Notes: generated by a model not told the origin, from the sequence alone. A stretch of DNA of 64,000 bases from Paracoccaceae bacterium (GCA_024742405.1 JANSYP010000008.1:39106-103105), one strand, 5' to 3'. Counted from the first letter of the stretch, positions 16,966 through 26,297 are shown. Numbers and translations: made by a program.

Positions 16966-17628
16966 ATGACTGCGCACGCCACTGCCGCCGCGGAAACGGC
17001 CACCGGACTGCCGCGGCTGAACGAACCCGCACCCTACTTTGACGCGCTGACGACCCACGGCCGCAAGACCCTGACCGATTACAAGGACAAGTGGCTGATC
17101 CTGTTTTCCCACCCCGCCGATTTCACGCCGGTCTGCACCACCGAATTCACGGCCTTTGCCGCCCATGCGGCGGAGTTCGCGGCGCTCGATACTGAACTCC
17201 TGGGTCTCTCCATCGACAGCCACTATGCCCACATCGCCTGGGTCCGCGCGATCCGGGACAGTTTCGGCGTCGAGATCCCCTTCCCGATCATCGCTGACCT
17301 GGACATGAAGGTCGCGCAGACCTTCGGCATGATCCAGCCTGGGGCCTCGGATACCCAGGCGGTCCGGGCCACCTTCGTCATCGACCCCGAGGGCATCCTG
17401 CGCGCGATGGTCTACTACCCGATGTCCAACGGGCGGTCGGTCGGTGAGATCCTGCGCCTTGTGACGGCACTGCAGACCTCCGACAGCGAGGGCGTCGCGA
17501 CACCGGAAAACTGGCAGCCGGGACAGGACGTCATCGTGCCGCCGCCCCAGACCGCCGAGGCCGCGGATGCGCGGATGTGGGAAGGCTTTGAGACGAAGGA
17601 CTGGTACTTTTCCACCAGAACGCTTTGA
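16966..17628 (+). CDS. 1-Cys peroxiredoxin (Prx6 subfamily)
   Basis: ORF track, 220 aa. FSHPADFTPVCTTE peroxidatic motif; no resolving Cys motif seen. Confidence 0.9.
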   Translation: MTAHATAAAETATGLPRLNEPAPYFDALTTHGRKTLTDYKDKWLILFSHPADFTPVCTTEFTAFAAHAAEFAALDTELLGLSIDSHYAHIAWVRAIRDSFGVEIPFPIIADLDMKVAQTFGMIQPGASDTQAVRATFVIDPEGILRAMVYYPMSNGRSVGEILRLVTALQTSDSEGVATPENWQPGQDVIVPPPQTAEAADARMWEGFETKDWYFSTRTL

Positions 17629-17714
17629 TCAGTCAGGTGAACCGACCGTTGGTGCGTCTGGGAACCGGACGCGCCGCACAGCGCCGGATATCGGAAACCG
17701 GGGAAAGCAAGCGC

Positions 17715-18389
17715 ATGGAAAACGCATGGATCGATCGCTTCAAGGGGCTGAGCCGCCTGCCCGACGACATCCGCGCCGAGCTTGAACAGGGCAGCCAGAT
17801 CGTCTCCGTCCCGGCCGGCACGCAGATCTTCGCGCCCGGTCAGACCGCGGACAATCTGTTGCTGCTGCTGGACGGCACAGTGCGGGTCCAGCAGAAGTCC
17901 GAGACCGGGCGCGAAGTCTTTCTCTACCGTGTCCATGCCGGCGAAAGCTGCGTTCTGACCACCGCCTGCATGCTGGCCTTCGAGGACTACTCCGCCGACG
18001 GGATTGCCGAAACCGACGTCTCCGCCGCTGCGATCCCGCGGCGGACCTTCGACAGTCTGGTGGCCAAATCCCCGGTCTTTCGCGAGTTCGTCTTCACCGC
18101 CTATTCGCGGCGGATCACGGACCTCTTCACCCTGATCGACGATATCGTTTTTCAGCGCATGGATGTCCGGCTGGCCGCGCGCCTGCTGGAGCTGGTCGAC
18201 GAAAACGGCGTCGTGCGCGCGACCCATGCCGTGCTTGGGACCGAGCTCGGAACGGCGCGCGAGGTGATCTCGCGCACCCTGTCCGAATTCCATCGCCGCG
18301 GCTGGGTCGAACAGTCCCGCGGTGAAGTTCACATTACGGGTCGTGCGGGGCTCGAACGGCTGGTCAGATCGTCGGGGGCACAGGCCTGA
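17715..18389 (+). CDS. Crp/Fnr-family transcriptional regulator (no FNR-type N-terminal Cys cluster)
   Basis: In-frame ATG at 17715 within track ORF 17625..18389. Has a cNMP-binding-like beta-roll and a C-terminal HTH, LGTELGTAREVISRTLSEFHRRGWV, with the E-x-x-S-R signature. Only two cysteines, as CX5C (ESCVLTTACML). Confidence 0.85.
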   Translation: MENAWIDRFKGLSRLPDDIRAELEQGSQIVSVPAGTQIFAPGQTADNLLLLLDGTVRVQQKSETGREVFLYRVHAGESCVLTTACMLAFEDYSADGIAETDVSAAAIPRRTFDSLVAKSPVFREFVFTAYSRRITDLFTLIDDIVFQRMDVRLAARLLELVDENGVVRATHAVLGTELGTAREVISRTLSEFHRRGWVEQSRGEVHITGRAGLERLVRSSGAQA

Positions 18390-18407
18390 CCGCGCTGAGG
18401 CCCGGAT

Positions 18408-18432
18408 GCTTTGGTGACCAAGTCACCAAAGC
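18408..18432. promoter_or_regulatory. Palindromic operator-like site, copy 3 (GCTTTGGTGAC-CAA-GTCACCAAAGC)
   Basis: Perfect 11-bp arms. Lies 19 nt after the Crp/Fnr gene stop and 250 nt upstream of the pdo-like gene. Confidence 0.6.
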
Positions 18433-18682
18433 ACCGCGCGGGGAAATGCAACGGTACGCCAACCGATTCTCGATGGAGTGACGCATGACCCCCTTTCCGG
18501 GCAGACCCGGCCGCGGACCGCGGCGCGTTCGTGCTGCCGGTCTCGACCCGGCGCCCTGTACCGGCGACCCCGACGCGGCCTAATGCCGGAGGCTGGTTCG
18601 GTTCCTGTCCGGACGCCACTTCTTTGTGTGCTATGGCCCGCGGGGCCAAAGGCATGGCCTGACTACGGAGGAGACACTCGAA

Positions 18683-19567
18683 ATGACCACCTATCCCGTC
18701 ACCATGGACGTAAAACCCGACGTCCAGGCCTTCTTCGACGAGGCGACGAACACCATCAGCTACATCGTCAAGGACCCGGCATCGACCGCCTGTGCGATCA
18801 TCGACAGCGTCATGGACATCGACTACGCCGCCGGCCGCATCGCCTATGACCATGCCGACGAACTGATCCGCCAGATCGAGACCCAAGGCCTCAAGCTGGA
18901 ATGGATCATCGAGACCCATGTCCATGCCGACCACCTCTCCGCCGCCCCCTACATCCAGCAGAAGCTGGGCGGCAAGATCGGCATCGGATCGAAGATCCTG
19001 GTGGTGCAGGACACGTTCGGAAAGGTCTTCAACGAGGGCACGGAGTTCCAGCGCGACGGCTCCCAGTTCGACGCACTTTTCGACGATGGCGACACCTACA
19101 TGGTCGGCCAGATGCAGGCCGTTGCCATGTACACGCCGGGCCACACGCCGGCCTGCATGGTCCATGTCATGGGTGATGCGGCCTTTGTGGGTGACACGCT
19201 CTTCATGCCCGATGGCGGCTCCGCGCGGGCGGATTTCCCCGGCGGCGACGCAGGTACGCTCTATGACAGCATCCAGAAGGTCCTGGCGCTGCCCGATGAG
19301 ACCCGTCTCTTCATGTGCCACGATTACGGGCCGAACGGGCGCGACATCGCCTGGGAAACCACCGTGGGCGAGGAGAGGGCACACAATATCCATGTCGGCG
19401 GCGGCAAGACGAAAGAGGAGTTCGTCAAGTTCCGCACCGAACGGGACGCCCAGCTCGATATGCCCAAACTCATCCTTCCATCGCTGCAGGTGAACATGCG
19501 CGCAGGCGAGGTGCCGCGGGACAAGGATGGCAACCCGATGCTCAAGGTACCGGTCAACGCGCTCTGA
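18683..19567 (+). CDS. MBL-fold persulfide dioxygenase-like protein (ETHE1/Blh-related)
   Basis: In-frame ATG at 18683 after GGAGGAGA. ETHVHADHLSAA metal motif, YTPGHTPACM. Sits directly upstream of an SQR gene. Confidence 0.85.
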   Translation: MTTYPVTMDVKPDVQAFFDEATNTISYIVKDPASTACAIIDSVMDIDYAAGRIAYDHADELIRQIETQGLKLEWIIETHVHADHLSAAPYIQQKLGGKIGIGSKILVVQDTFGKVFNEGTEFQRDGSQFDALFDDGDTYMVGQMQAVAMYTPGHTPACMVHVMGDAAFVGDTLFMPDGGSARADFPGGDAGTLYDSIQKVLALPDETRLFMCHDYGPNGRDIAWETTVGEERAHNIHVGGGKTKEEFVKFRTERDAQLDMPKLILPSLQVNMRAGEVPRDKDGNPMLKVPVNAL

Positions 19568-19588
19568 GATCCGAGGGAGGGGACAGTT

Positions 19589-21268
19589 ATGGAACTGAAG
19601 AAGATATCGCCAAGGATCACGGTCAGCCCGCAGATCACCATCGAAGATGTCGAAGCGATCGCCGCAGAAGGCTATCGCGCGATCATCTGCAACCGCCCGG
19701 ACGGCGAGGGCGCGGATCAGCCCTCCTTTGAAGAGATCGAGGCCGCAGCAAACGCTGCGGGAATCACCGCGCGCTATGTCCCGGTCGAGCGCGGCCTTGT
19801 GAGGGACGAGGATGTCGCCGCCTTCGGCGCGGCCCTCGACGAGGTGCAGCGCCCGGTGCTCGCCTACTGCCGGACGGGCACCCGCTCGGCCACGCTCTGG
19901 TCCTTTCACGAATCCCGGAGCCGCCCCATGGCCGAAATCCTCGCCGCGACCAAGGCGGCAGGCTACGACATGAACGGTGTGGCGCGCCGCATCGCCAATG
20001 GCGGCAAGACACCGACAGACACTGGGGACGCGCATTTCGAGGTGGTGATCGTCGGCGCCGGCGCCGGGGGTATTTCCCTTGCCGCCAGCCTCAAGTCGCG
20101 CAAGCGCGGGCTCAATATCGCCGTGATCGACCCCGCGGACATCCACTATTACCAGCCCGGCTGGACCATGGTCGGCGGCGGCGTGTTCGACGCCCAGACA
20201 ACGGCCAAGACCATGGGCAGCCTGATCCCCAAGGGCGTGCACTGGATCAAATCCGCCGTGGCGGCGTTTGAGCCCGAGAAGAACGCCGTCATCCTCGATG
20301 GCTGCCGGGTCGTCAAATATGACCGTCTGGTGGTCTGCCCGGGACTGAAGCTCGACTGGGGCAAGGTCGACGGGCTCGAGGAGACGCTGGGTCGCAATGG
20401 CGTCACCTCCAACTACCGCTACGATCTGGCCCCCTACACCTGGGAACTGGTCCAGCAGATGATCGAGGGGCGTGCGATCTTTACCCAGCCGCCCATGCCC
20501 ATCAAATGCGCCGGCGCCCCGCAAAAGGCGATGTATCTCTCGGGGGACGCCTGGTTCCGCAGAGGCGTGCTGAAGGATATCGACATCCAGTTCATGAATG
20601 CCGGCGGGGTGCTCTTCGGCGTGAAGGATTTCGTGCCCGCGCTCGAAGCCTATGTCGAGAAATACGACGCGACGCTCAATTTCTTCCACAACCTGGTCTC
20701 GGTCGACGGCCCGACCAAGACGGCCGTTTTCGAGGCCAACAAACCCGACGCCGAACCGACGCAAGTCTCGGTCGAGTTCGACATGATGCATGTCTGCCCG
20801 CCCCAGACCGCGCCGGATTTCATCCGCGTGTCGCCCCTGGCCGATGCCGCGGGCTGGGTCGATGTCGATCAGGCGACGCTCCGTCACAAGAGCTATGACA
20901 ATATCTGGAGCCTGGGCGATGTCATGAACGCGCCGAACGCCAAGACCGCCGCCGCCGCGCGCAAGCAGGCGCCGACCGTGGCCGACAACATCGTCGCCGA
21001 TATCGCGGGACGCTCCGCGGTGGCGCAGTATGACGGCTATGGCTCCTGCCCGCTGACGGTCGAACGGGGCAAGATCGTGCTGGCGGAGTTCGGCTATGGC
21101 GGCGTGCTCCAGCCGAGCTTCCCGTCCTTCCTGATCGACGGCACGAAACCCACCCGCGCGGCCTGGTTTCTCAAGGAAACCCTGCTTCCGCCGATTTACT
21201 GGAAGGCGATGCTCCGCGGTAAGGAATGGCTGGCAAAGCCCGAACGGCTCAAGGTCGCGGCCGGGTAG
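19589..21268 (+). CDS. sqr: Fusion of a DUF442/TIGR01244 (phosphatase-like sulfur-transfer) domain and a type II-like SQR
   Basis: ORF track, 559 aa. The N-terminal ~140 aa carry the CX5R loop AYCRTGTRS. Then come GAGAGG, HYYQPGW, IKCAGAPQK and YDGYGSCPL. No signal peptide. Confidence 0.88.
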   Translation: MELKKISPRITVSPQITIEDVEAIAAEGYRAIICNRPDGEGADQPSFEEIEAAANAAGITARYVPVERGLVRDEDVAAFGAALDEVQRPVLAYCRTGTRSATLWSFHESRSRPMAEILAATKAAGYDMNGVARRIANGGKTPTDTGDAHFEVVIVGAGAGGISLAASLKSRKRGLNIAVIDPADIHYYQPGWTMVGGGVFDAQTTAKTMGSLIPKGVHWIKSAVAAFEPEKNAVILDGCRVVKYDRLVVCPGLKLDWGKVDGLEETLGRNGVTSNYRYDLAPYTWELVQQMIEGRAIFTQPPMPIKCAGAPQKAMYLSGDAWFRRGVLKDIDIQFMNAGGVLFGVKDFVPALEAYVEKYDATLNFFHNLVSVDGPTKTAVFEANKPDAEPTQVSVEFDMMHVCPPQTAPDFIRVSPLADAAGWVDVDQATLRHKSYDNIWSLGDVMNAPNAKTAAAARKQAPTVADNIVADIAGRSAVAQYDGYGSCPLTVERGKIVLAEFGYGGVLQPSFPSFLIDGTKPTRAAWFLKETLLPPIYWKAMLRGKEWLAKPERLKVAAG

Positions 21269-21362
21269 GCGGCAGGCCGCATTTCCCCGTGCCGCGCTTT
21301 ATGCGCCATGACCGGCGGGCGGAACATCCCACTCCGTCCGCCCCCCTGTTCCGGACGCCAGA

Positions 21363-23099
21363 ATGATCGACCCCATCCGCCGCTATGTCCCGATCCTCGA
21401 TTGGGGCCGGACCTACTCCAAGCGGGCACTCTCAAACGACCTGATCGCTGCGGTGATCGTGACGATCATGCTGATCCCGCAATCGCTGGCTTACGCCTTG
21501 CTCGCGGGACTGCCGCCCGAGGCGGGGATCTATGCCTCGATCGTGCCGATCATGCTCTACGCGATCTTCGGCACCAGCCGCGCCCTGGCGGTGGGCCCCG
21601 TGGCGGTCGTCTCGCTCCTGACGGCGACGGCCATCGGACAGGTGGCCGAGCAGGGGACGGCAGGCTACGCCGTGGCGGCCCTGACGCTGGCCTTCCTGTC
21701 GGGCGGGTTTCTTCTGCTAATGGGGGTGCTGCGGCTGGGCTTTCTCGCGAATTTCCTCAGCCACCCGGTGATCGCGGGCTTCATCACGGCCTCCGGGATC
21801 CTGATCGCGACGAGCCAGCTCAAGCATATCCTGGGCATCAGCGCCGGAGGGCATACGCTGCCCGAGATGCTCGGCTCGCTATTGGAGCATCTGCCCGGGA
21901 TCAACTGGACCACCGTTCTGATCGGCGTCGCGGCGACCGGCTTTCTGTTCTGGACCCGCAAGCATCTCAAGCCCCTGCTGAAGCGGCTGGGCACGCCCGC
22001 GCTGCTGGCCGATGTCCTGACCAAGGCCGGACCGGTAGCGGCGGTGGTGGCCACGACCCTCGCCGTATGGGGCTTTGGCCTCGCAGACCAGGGCGTGAAG
22101 GTCGTGGGTACGGTGCCGCAAAGCTTGCCGCCCCTGACGCTGCCCGGCTTTTCGCCGGACCTGCTGGGTGCGCTGCTGGTCCCGGCCATCCTCATCTCGA
22201 TCATTGGCTTCGTCGAAAGCGTCTCGGTCGCGCAGACTCTCGCCGCAAAGAAGCGCCAGCGGATCGATCCCGATCAGGAACTGATCGGCCTTGGCGCGGC
22301 GAACCTCGGCGCGGCCTTCACCGGCGGCTATCCGGTGACCGGCGGCTTTTCCCGATCAGTGGTGAATTACGATGCCGGCGCCGAAACCCCCGCCGCGGGG
22401 GCCTTCACCGCGCTGGGCCTCGCCTTCGCAGCTGTCGCCCTGACGCCGCTCGTCTACTACCTTCCCAACGCGACCCTCGCCGCCACGATTATTGTCGCCG
22501 TGCTCAGCCTTGTGGACCTGTCGATCCTGAAGAAGACTTGGGGCTATTCCCGAGCTGATTTCATCGCCGTCGCGGCCACCATCCTGCTGACGCTTGGCCT
22601 CGGCGTTGAAATCGGCGTGGCCTCGGGCGTGGGGATCTCGGTGCTCCTGCATCTCTACAAGACGTCGCGCCCCCATGTGGCGGAGGTCGGGCTCGTCCCC
22701 GGCACTCAGCATTTCCGAAATATCCGCCGCCACAGCGTGGAAACCGACCCTTCGATGGTTACCCTGCGCGTGGACGAAAGCCTTTATTTCGTGAATGCGC
22801 GCTTCCTCGAGGATCTGGTCCAGAAGCGCGTGATCGACGGTTGCGCCATCCGCAACGTCGTGCTGATGTTCTCGGCCGTCAACGAGGTCGACTTTTCCGC
22901 GCTCGAAAGCCTTGAGGCGATCAATCACCGCCTGAAAGACATGGGGGTGGGGCTTCACCTGTCCGAGGTGAAGGGCCCCGTCATGGACCGGCTGAAGCGC
23001 TCGCATTTCATCGAGGACCTGAACGGTTGCGTGTTCCTGTCGCAATTCGAGGCATGGGAAAGTCTTGCCGCCGCGCCGTTGCCGAACGCCGCCGAATGA
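21363..23099 (+). CDS. SulP-family anion permease with C-terminal STAS domain
   Basis: ORF track, 578 aa. LIPQSLAYALLAGLPPEAGIYAS is the SulP signature region; the C-terminal part is STAS-like. Confidence 0.92.
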   Translation: MIDPIRRYVPILDWGRTYSKRALSNDLIAAVIVTIMLIPQSLAYALLAGLPPEAGIYASIVPIMLYAIFGTSRALAVGPVAVVSLLTATAIGQVAEQGTAGYAVAALTLAFLSGGFLLLMGVLRLGFLANFLSHPVIAGFITASGILIATSQLKHILGISAGGHTLPEMLGSLLEHLPGINWTTVLIGVAATGFLFWTRKHLKPLLKRLGTPALLADVLTKAGPVAAVVATTLAVWGFGLADQGVKVVGTVPQSLPPLTLPGFSPDLLGALLVPAILISIIGFVESVSVAQTLAAKKRQRIDPDQELIGLGAANLGAAFTGGYPVTGGFSRSVVNYDAGAETPAAGAFTALGLAFAAVALTPLVYYLPNATLAATIIVAVLSLVDLSILKKTWGYSRADFIAVAATILLTLGLGVEIGVASGVGISVLLHLYKTSRPHVAEVGLVPGTQHFRNIRRHSVETDPSMVTLRVDESLYFVNARFLEDLVQKRVIDGCAIRNVVLMFSAVNEVDFSALESLEAINHRLKDMGVGLHLSEVKGPVMDRLKRSHFIEDLNGCVFLSQFEAWESLAAAPLPNAAE

Positions 23100-23106
23100 G
23101 GTTGCG

Positions 23107-23658
23107 CTACCGTGCTTCCACACGCATGGCGACTTTGCAGCAGGATGCCTCGCCACGTAGCAAGGACAACACTCTTCGAGGCCGCGCGCTCTTTTTTGAT
23201 GCTTCAGCCCTTTGAGGTGCTCTGTGCCGATCCGGCCAAGCCTCTTTCTTGACCGTAAAGTGCCTGCCTCTTGGCCGATTTGCCCAGTCCTCCCGCGGCA
23301 GAACAGGCTCTGAGTTGTCCCAATGCTCGAAAAACGTGTCGTCCGGCACCCGGAACAGATCGACCTGGCACGCGTCTTGATCGCCCCGCCGGCCCCTGTT
23401 CAATGTAGCGACAGACTTGCCCTCGGCGACGGCAAGGAAGCAGTCCCGGGAGCTGAGCGGGTAATCCTCAGCGCTTTGGAACGCGCTGAATGCGGCCAGC
23501 CTGTCTCCCGGATACGATGTGTGCTGGATTACGTGTCGGCGTCGATTAAATCGTCGATCCGGGCCGCGTCCCGTTCGACGAGGCAGGTCCTGATGACTCT
23601 TGCTTAAGCGCTTTATTCGAATGGGTCTTGTCCAGATCTGCAACCCCGTTCGGACCAT
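23107..23658 (-). pseudogene. SnoaL/NTF2-like protein gene, apparently degraded at both ends
   Basis: The central part, VIQHTSYPGDRLAAFSAFQSAEDYPLSS...AVAEGKSVATLNRG...QVDLFRVPDDTFFEHWDNSEPVLP, resembles SnoaL-like proteins (YIQHNP...FRxxDGKIxEHWD). The N- and C-terminal extensions look like read-through junk. Confidence 0.3.
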
Positions 23659-24096
23659 CGAGCTGTATACGATCCGAAGGATTGGGTGGCTGAACGGCGG
23701 CAGTCACATCTCAATGTTCGATGATCTTGCCAATTGCGTCGCTGTCGAAAAAGTCGGTCGTGATCCATTCCGCCGCGTCGTTAACGATATCCTGATGGAC
23801 CTGTACGAAGACGTGGCGCTTTACCTGAAGGGCGCGAGCGTCATTGAAGGCGCATATTGGATTGCGCTCCAGCAACGGCTCGAAGACTGCGATGAAACCC
23901 TCAGCCCCGTCGGCGACACCAGTAGAATGCCGGACATGGCGGTTGCCGGTATAGGCGCTGACCGCGGCGCGCCCGTTGCCCTTTACGATTCCTTCGAGCT
24001 AGAGGCTAAACGCGTCTTCCTTTTCAGACGGCATGGGGGAAGTCTTGTGTCGACAATTGAAGGGGCGCCGCCGGGCGCGCTTTTCGGGTGCGGGTG

Positions 24097-24408
24097 TCAT
24101 TGATCCAAGACATCGCGCGTTATCTCGGTGCTTTCGGCATCGACTATCGACATGAACTTTGCCGCCGTCGGGGCCGGTGCAAAACCGCCCATCGACGCCA
24201 GTGCAGCCTTTGACGAGGCCCAATGGACAGTCGCCACCGAAACGGCCTCTGACGCTCCGGTTTCGCAGGGCGCAAACCCGGGCTGCAGGCTGACATGCTC
24301 TGTCTCGACGCGCGCATCGACGGTCGCGATCTCCGCGATGCTGACGCCATCGCCCATTTGCATGGCCGCGACGAGTGTTAGCGCACCGGCGAATAGGACG
24401 GTCTTCAT
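24097..24408 (-). CDS. Small secreted protein, unknown function
   Basis: ORF track, 103 aa. MKTVLFAGALTLVAAMQ is signal-peptide-like. No recognisable family. Confidence 0.3.
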   Translation of the reverse strand: MKTVLFAGALTLVAAMQMGDGVSIAEIATVDARVETEHVSLQPGFAPCETGASEAVSVATVHWASSKAALASMGGFAPAPTAAKFMSIVDAESTEITRDVLDQ

Positions 24409-24546
24409 GAATGCTGTCTCTTAAGTGAACGAAGTTTCGGGGCGACACCGCGCGAGCGAGTCCGGAATTTCGGGATCAGGCACGGCAGAAAATCCTCGCC
24501 GTAGCCAGGGAAGGCTGCTCGCTGAATTGCTGCAGCGTCTTTCGGC

Positions 24547-24766
24547 GTGGAGGTTGGCCCGGTCCATGCAGCCAAGGCTGCCGTCGTGGCGGGTTGGTGT
24601 GCACTATCTGCCGGTCAGCGAAGTGGCGGACGAACTGCGGTCAGGTCAGCTTTCCGAGGTATTGCCCGACTGGGCCCTGCCGGATCTGGGCGTCTACGCG
24701 GTCTGGCCGGACTTGGTACCGCAAAAGAAACTGGCCTGCCGACTGATCGACCACCTGCGCGAATAG
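24547..24766 (+). pseudogene. C-terminal fragment of a LysR-family regulator (frameshifted)
   Basis: Frame 1: AAKAAVVAG... Frame 2: LPVSEVADELRSGQLSEVLPDWALPDLGVYAVWPDLVPQKKLACRLIDHLRE. This is the typical tail of a LysR substrate-binding domain, and no N-terminal HTH is present. Confidence 0.5.
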
Positions 24767-25448
24767 GATGAAGGCCGTTTGTAACGCGTCACACGGTGGT
24801 CACATGCGCGCAGAGAGCCGGACCACGTTCGATGAACCCGCTCGCAAATCGCAAGGACGTGTCACGGCCCGTCGTGAGCAACGTTCCGAGTCCGGATGTC
24901 GTTGCCGTCGTAGGTTCAGATCGTAGGTGCTCAACGATACGTTTGCGAAGGCGTGATACTCGGCCATATCAGCGGATCGAATGGCATCTAGCTGTCAGGT
25001 ACTTGAGCTGAACGAAGGAACGACAAGGCCGCCGAACCAGGTAAAGAAGTGACTTGCTCGGCTCGGCCATCCAGCATCATCAAAATCTTGTTGCACTCGC
25101 ATTGCAGCGATCTGATGCGAGCGCAGCATTGGTCGACTTGGGTTCGAAGCAGACCGGCGTTGGTGCAGCAAAACGTCAGGTGTCGTAATCCGCCACGCCA
25201 TCGCTCGCGGTCCTGGCCGCACAGCCACAAGGCTCTGACAAGGTGCAATGCGGCGACCCCACAACGGTCATTCATCGGCCGCAAATCTAATTGGGGTTCG
25301 GGAGGCAAGATGCACGGACCTTTTCTGCTGCAATCGGCAACCGCCCGGTCGACTCTGCGTGAAAGAAGTGACCCGGCAGCTTCGGATCAATCGTCTATTT
25401 GGTTCGGTCAGGTTCCTTGCATCAAACAAAACGCGTTTGTTGGTGCGA

Positions 25449-25712
25449 TCAGTGCAGCCGAGCGCGCACAATATAGCCTTCGACCGTATCCTCACCGAGC
25501 GCCCGCAGCGCCTCGAGGCGGTGAAAGCCCTCGACCAGTACAAATCCAACTTTTCCACATCTCACACTTATGGGGGATGTCTGCCCGTTTTCCAGAATGT
25601 CCTCGGCCAGCTCTCTCACTTTTACCGGATCAAGAGTCTTTTGCCGTTTGACCGGAACGTAGACGTCGTCAATGGGGAGGATTTCTTTGTTCAGCATCGA
25701 CTGATCTTGCAT
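25449..25712 (-). CDS. Small ParB/Srx-fold (ParB N-terminal domain) protein
   Basis: ORF track, 87 aa. ...DPVKVRELAEDILENGQTSPISV....VLVEGFHRLEALRALGEDTVEGYIV matches the ParB-like GxHRxxA motif. No Srx-type GCHR cysteine. Confidence 0.65.
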   Translation of the reverse strand: MQDQSMLNKEILPIDDVYVPVKRQKTLDPVKVRELAEDILENGQTSPISVRCGKVGFVLVEGFHRLEALRALGEDTVEGYIVRARLH

Positions 25713-25967
25713 CGGTCGCCACAGATTGGCCAGTCCGGATATCGAGAACTTGATCGGTGGAAGCCGGTTTGCGCGCTGCTTCAGCGTAGTGTTTCAAGCT
25801 GCGTCTTGTTGCGGTCTTGCAGCTGCTGGCTCAATGGGGACCGGCTCTTGGCGGACTCTACAGCCTCACCTGCCGTTACACTGCAGAATTTGCCTTGCTG
25901 CCGACCTTGCACCGCGCAACGTTGCAACCGTCGTGCAGAAAGGAAATTGGCGTTCTGGGTCGAGACC

Positions 25968-26297
25968 TCAGCCAGGAAGCAATTCTTTCTGGACCGCATC
26001 ATCCCAGCCCAAATAGAACCTGTCCTGATCACGGATTACCGGACGGACCATCACTTTCGGTTTGGCGGAGATCTGCGCCTCTGCCTCGGAATTCTTCAGC
26101 CAGTCATTGAGCGCTCGGTAATCATTCGATTTTCGATCCACCAGTCGATCACCGAACTCAACAACCAACTCGGCAAGTTCCGCCTCACTCAGAGGCTCGG
26201 CGCGAACATCGCGAAAGCGAACGTCCTTACCCGCTGCCTCCAATGCCTTGCGGGCCTTCTGGCAGATTGCGCAGGTGTTCAATCCGTAGATCATCAT
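25968..26297 (-). CDS. ArsC/Spx/YffB-family thioredoxin-fold protein
   Basis: ORF track, 109 aa. MMIYGLNTCAICQKARKALEAAG... and ...VMVRPVI have the layout typical of the ArsC family. Confidence 0.7.
   Translation of the reverse strand: MMIYGLNTCAICQKARKALEAAGKDVRFRDVRAEPLSEAELAELVVEFGDRLVDRKSNDYRALNDWLKNSEAEAQISAKPKVMVRPVIRDQDRFYLGWDDAVQKELLPG

Noticed and set aside
17653-17678. GGAAC-N16-CGCC upstream of the Crp/Fnr gene
   Set aside because: The -10 element is CGCC, not CGTT, so it is not a convincing EcfG promoter.
18329-20887. 852-aa ORF on the minus strand
   Set aside because: It is antisense to the pdo-like and DUF442-SQR genes, which have clear family motifs. The translation is Arg/Gly/Asp/His-rich, low-complexity and has no motifs: a typical high-GC shadow ORF.
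23600-24103. 167-aa plus-strand ORF
   Set aside because: It has a moderately coding-like codon pattern, but no motif, an odd Cys-rich end and an overlap with neighbouring candidates. The evidence is insufficient.
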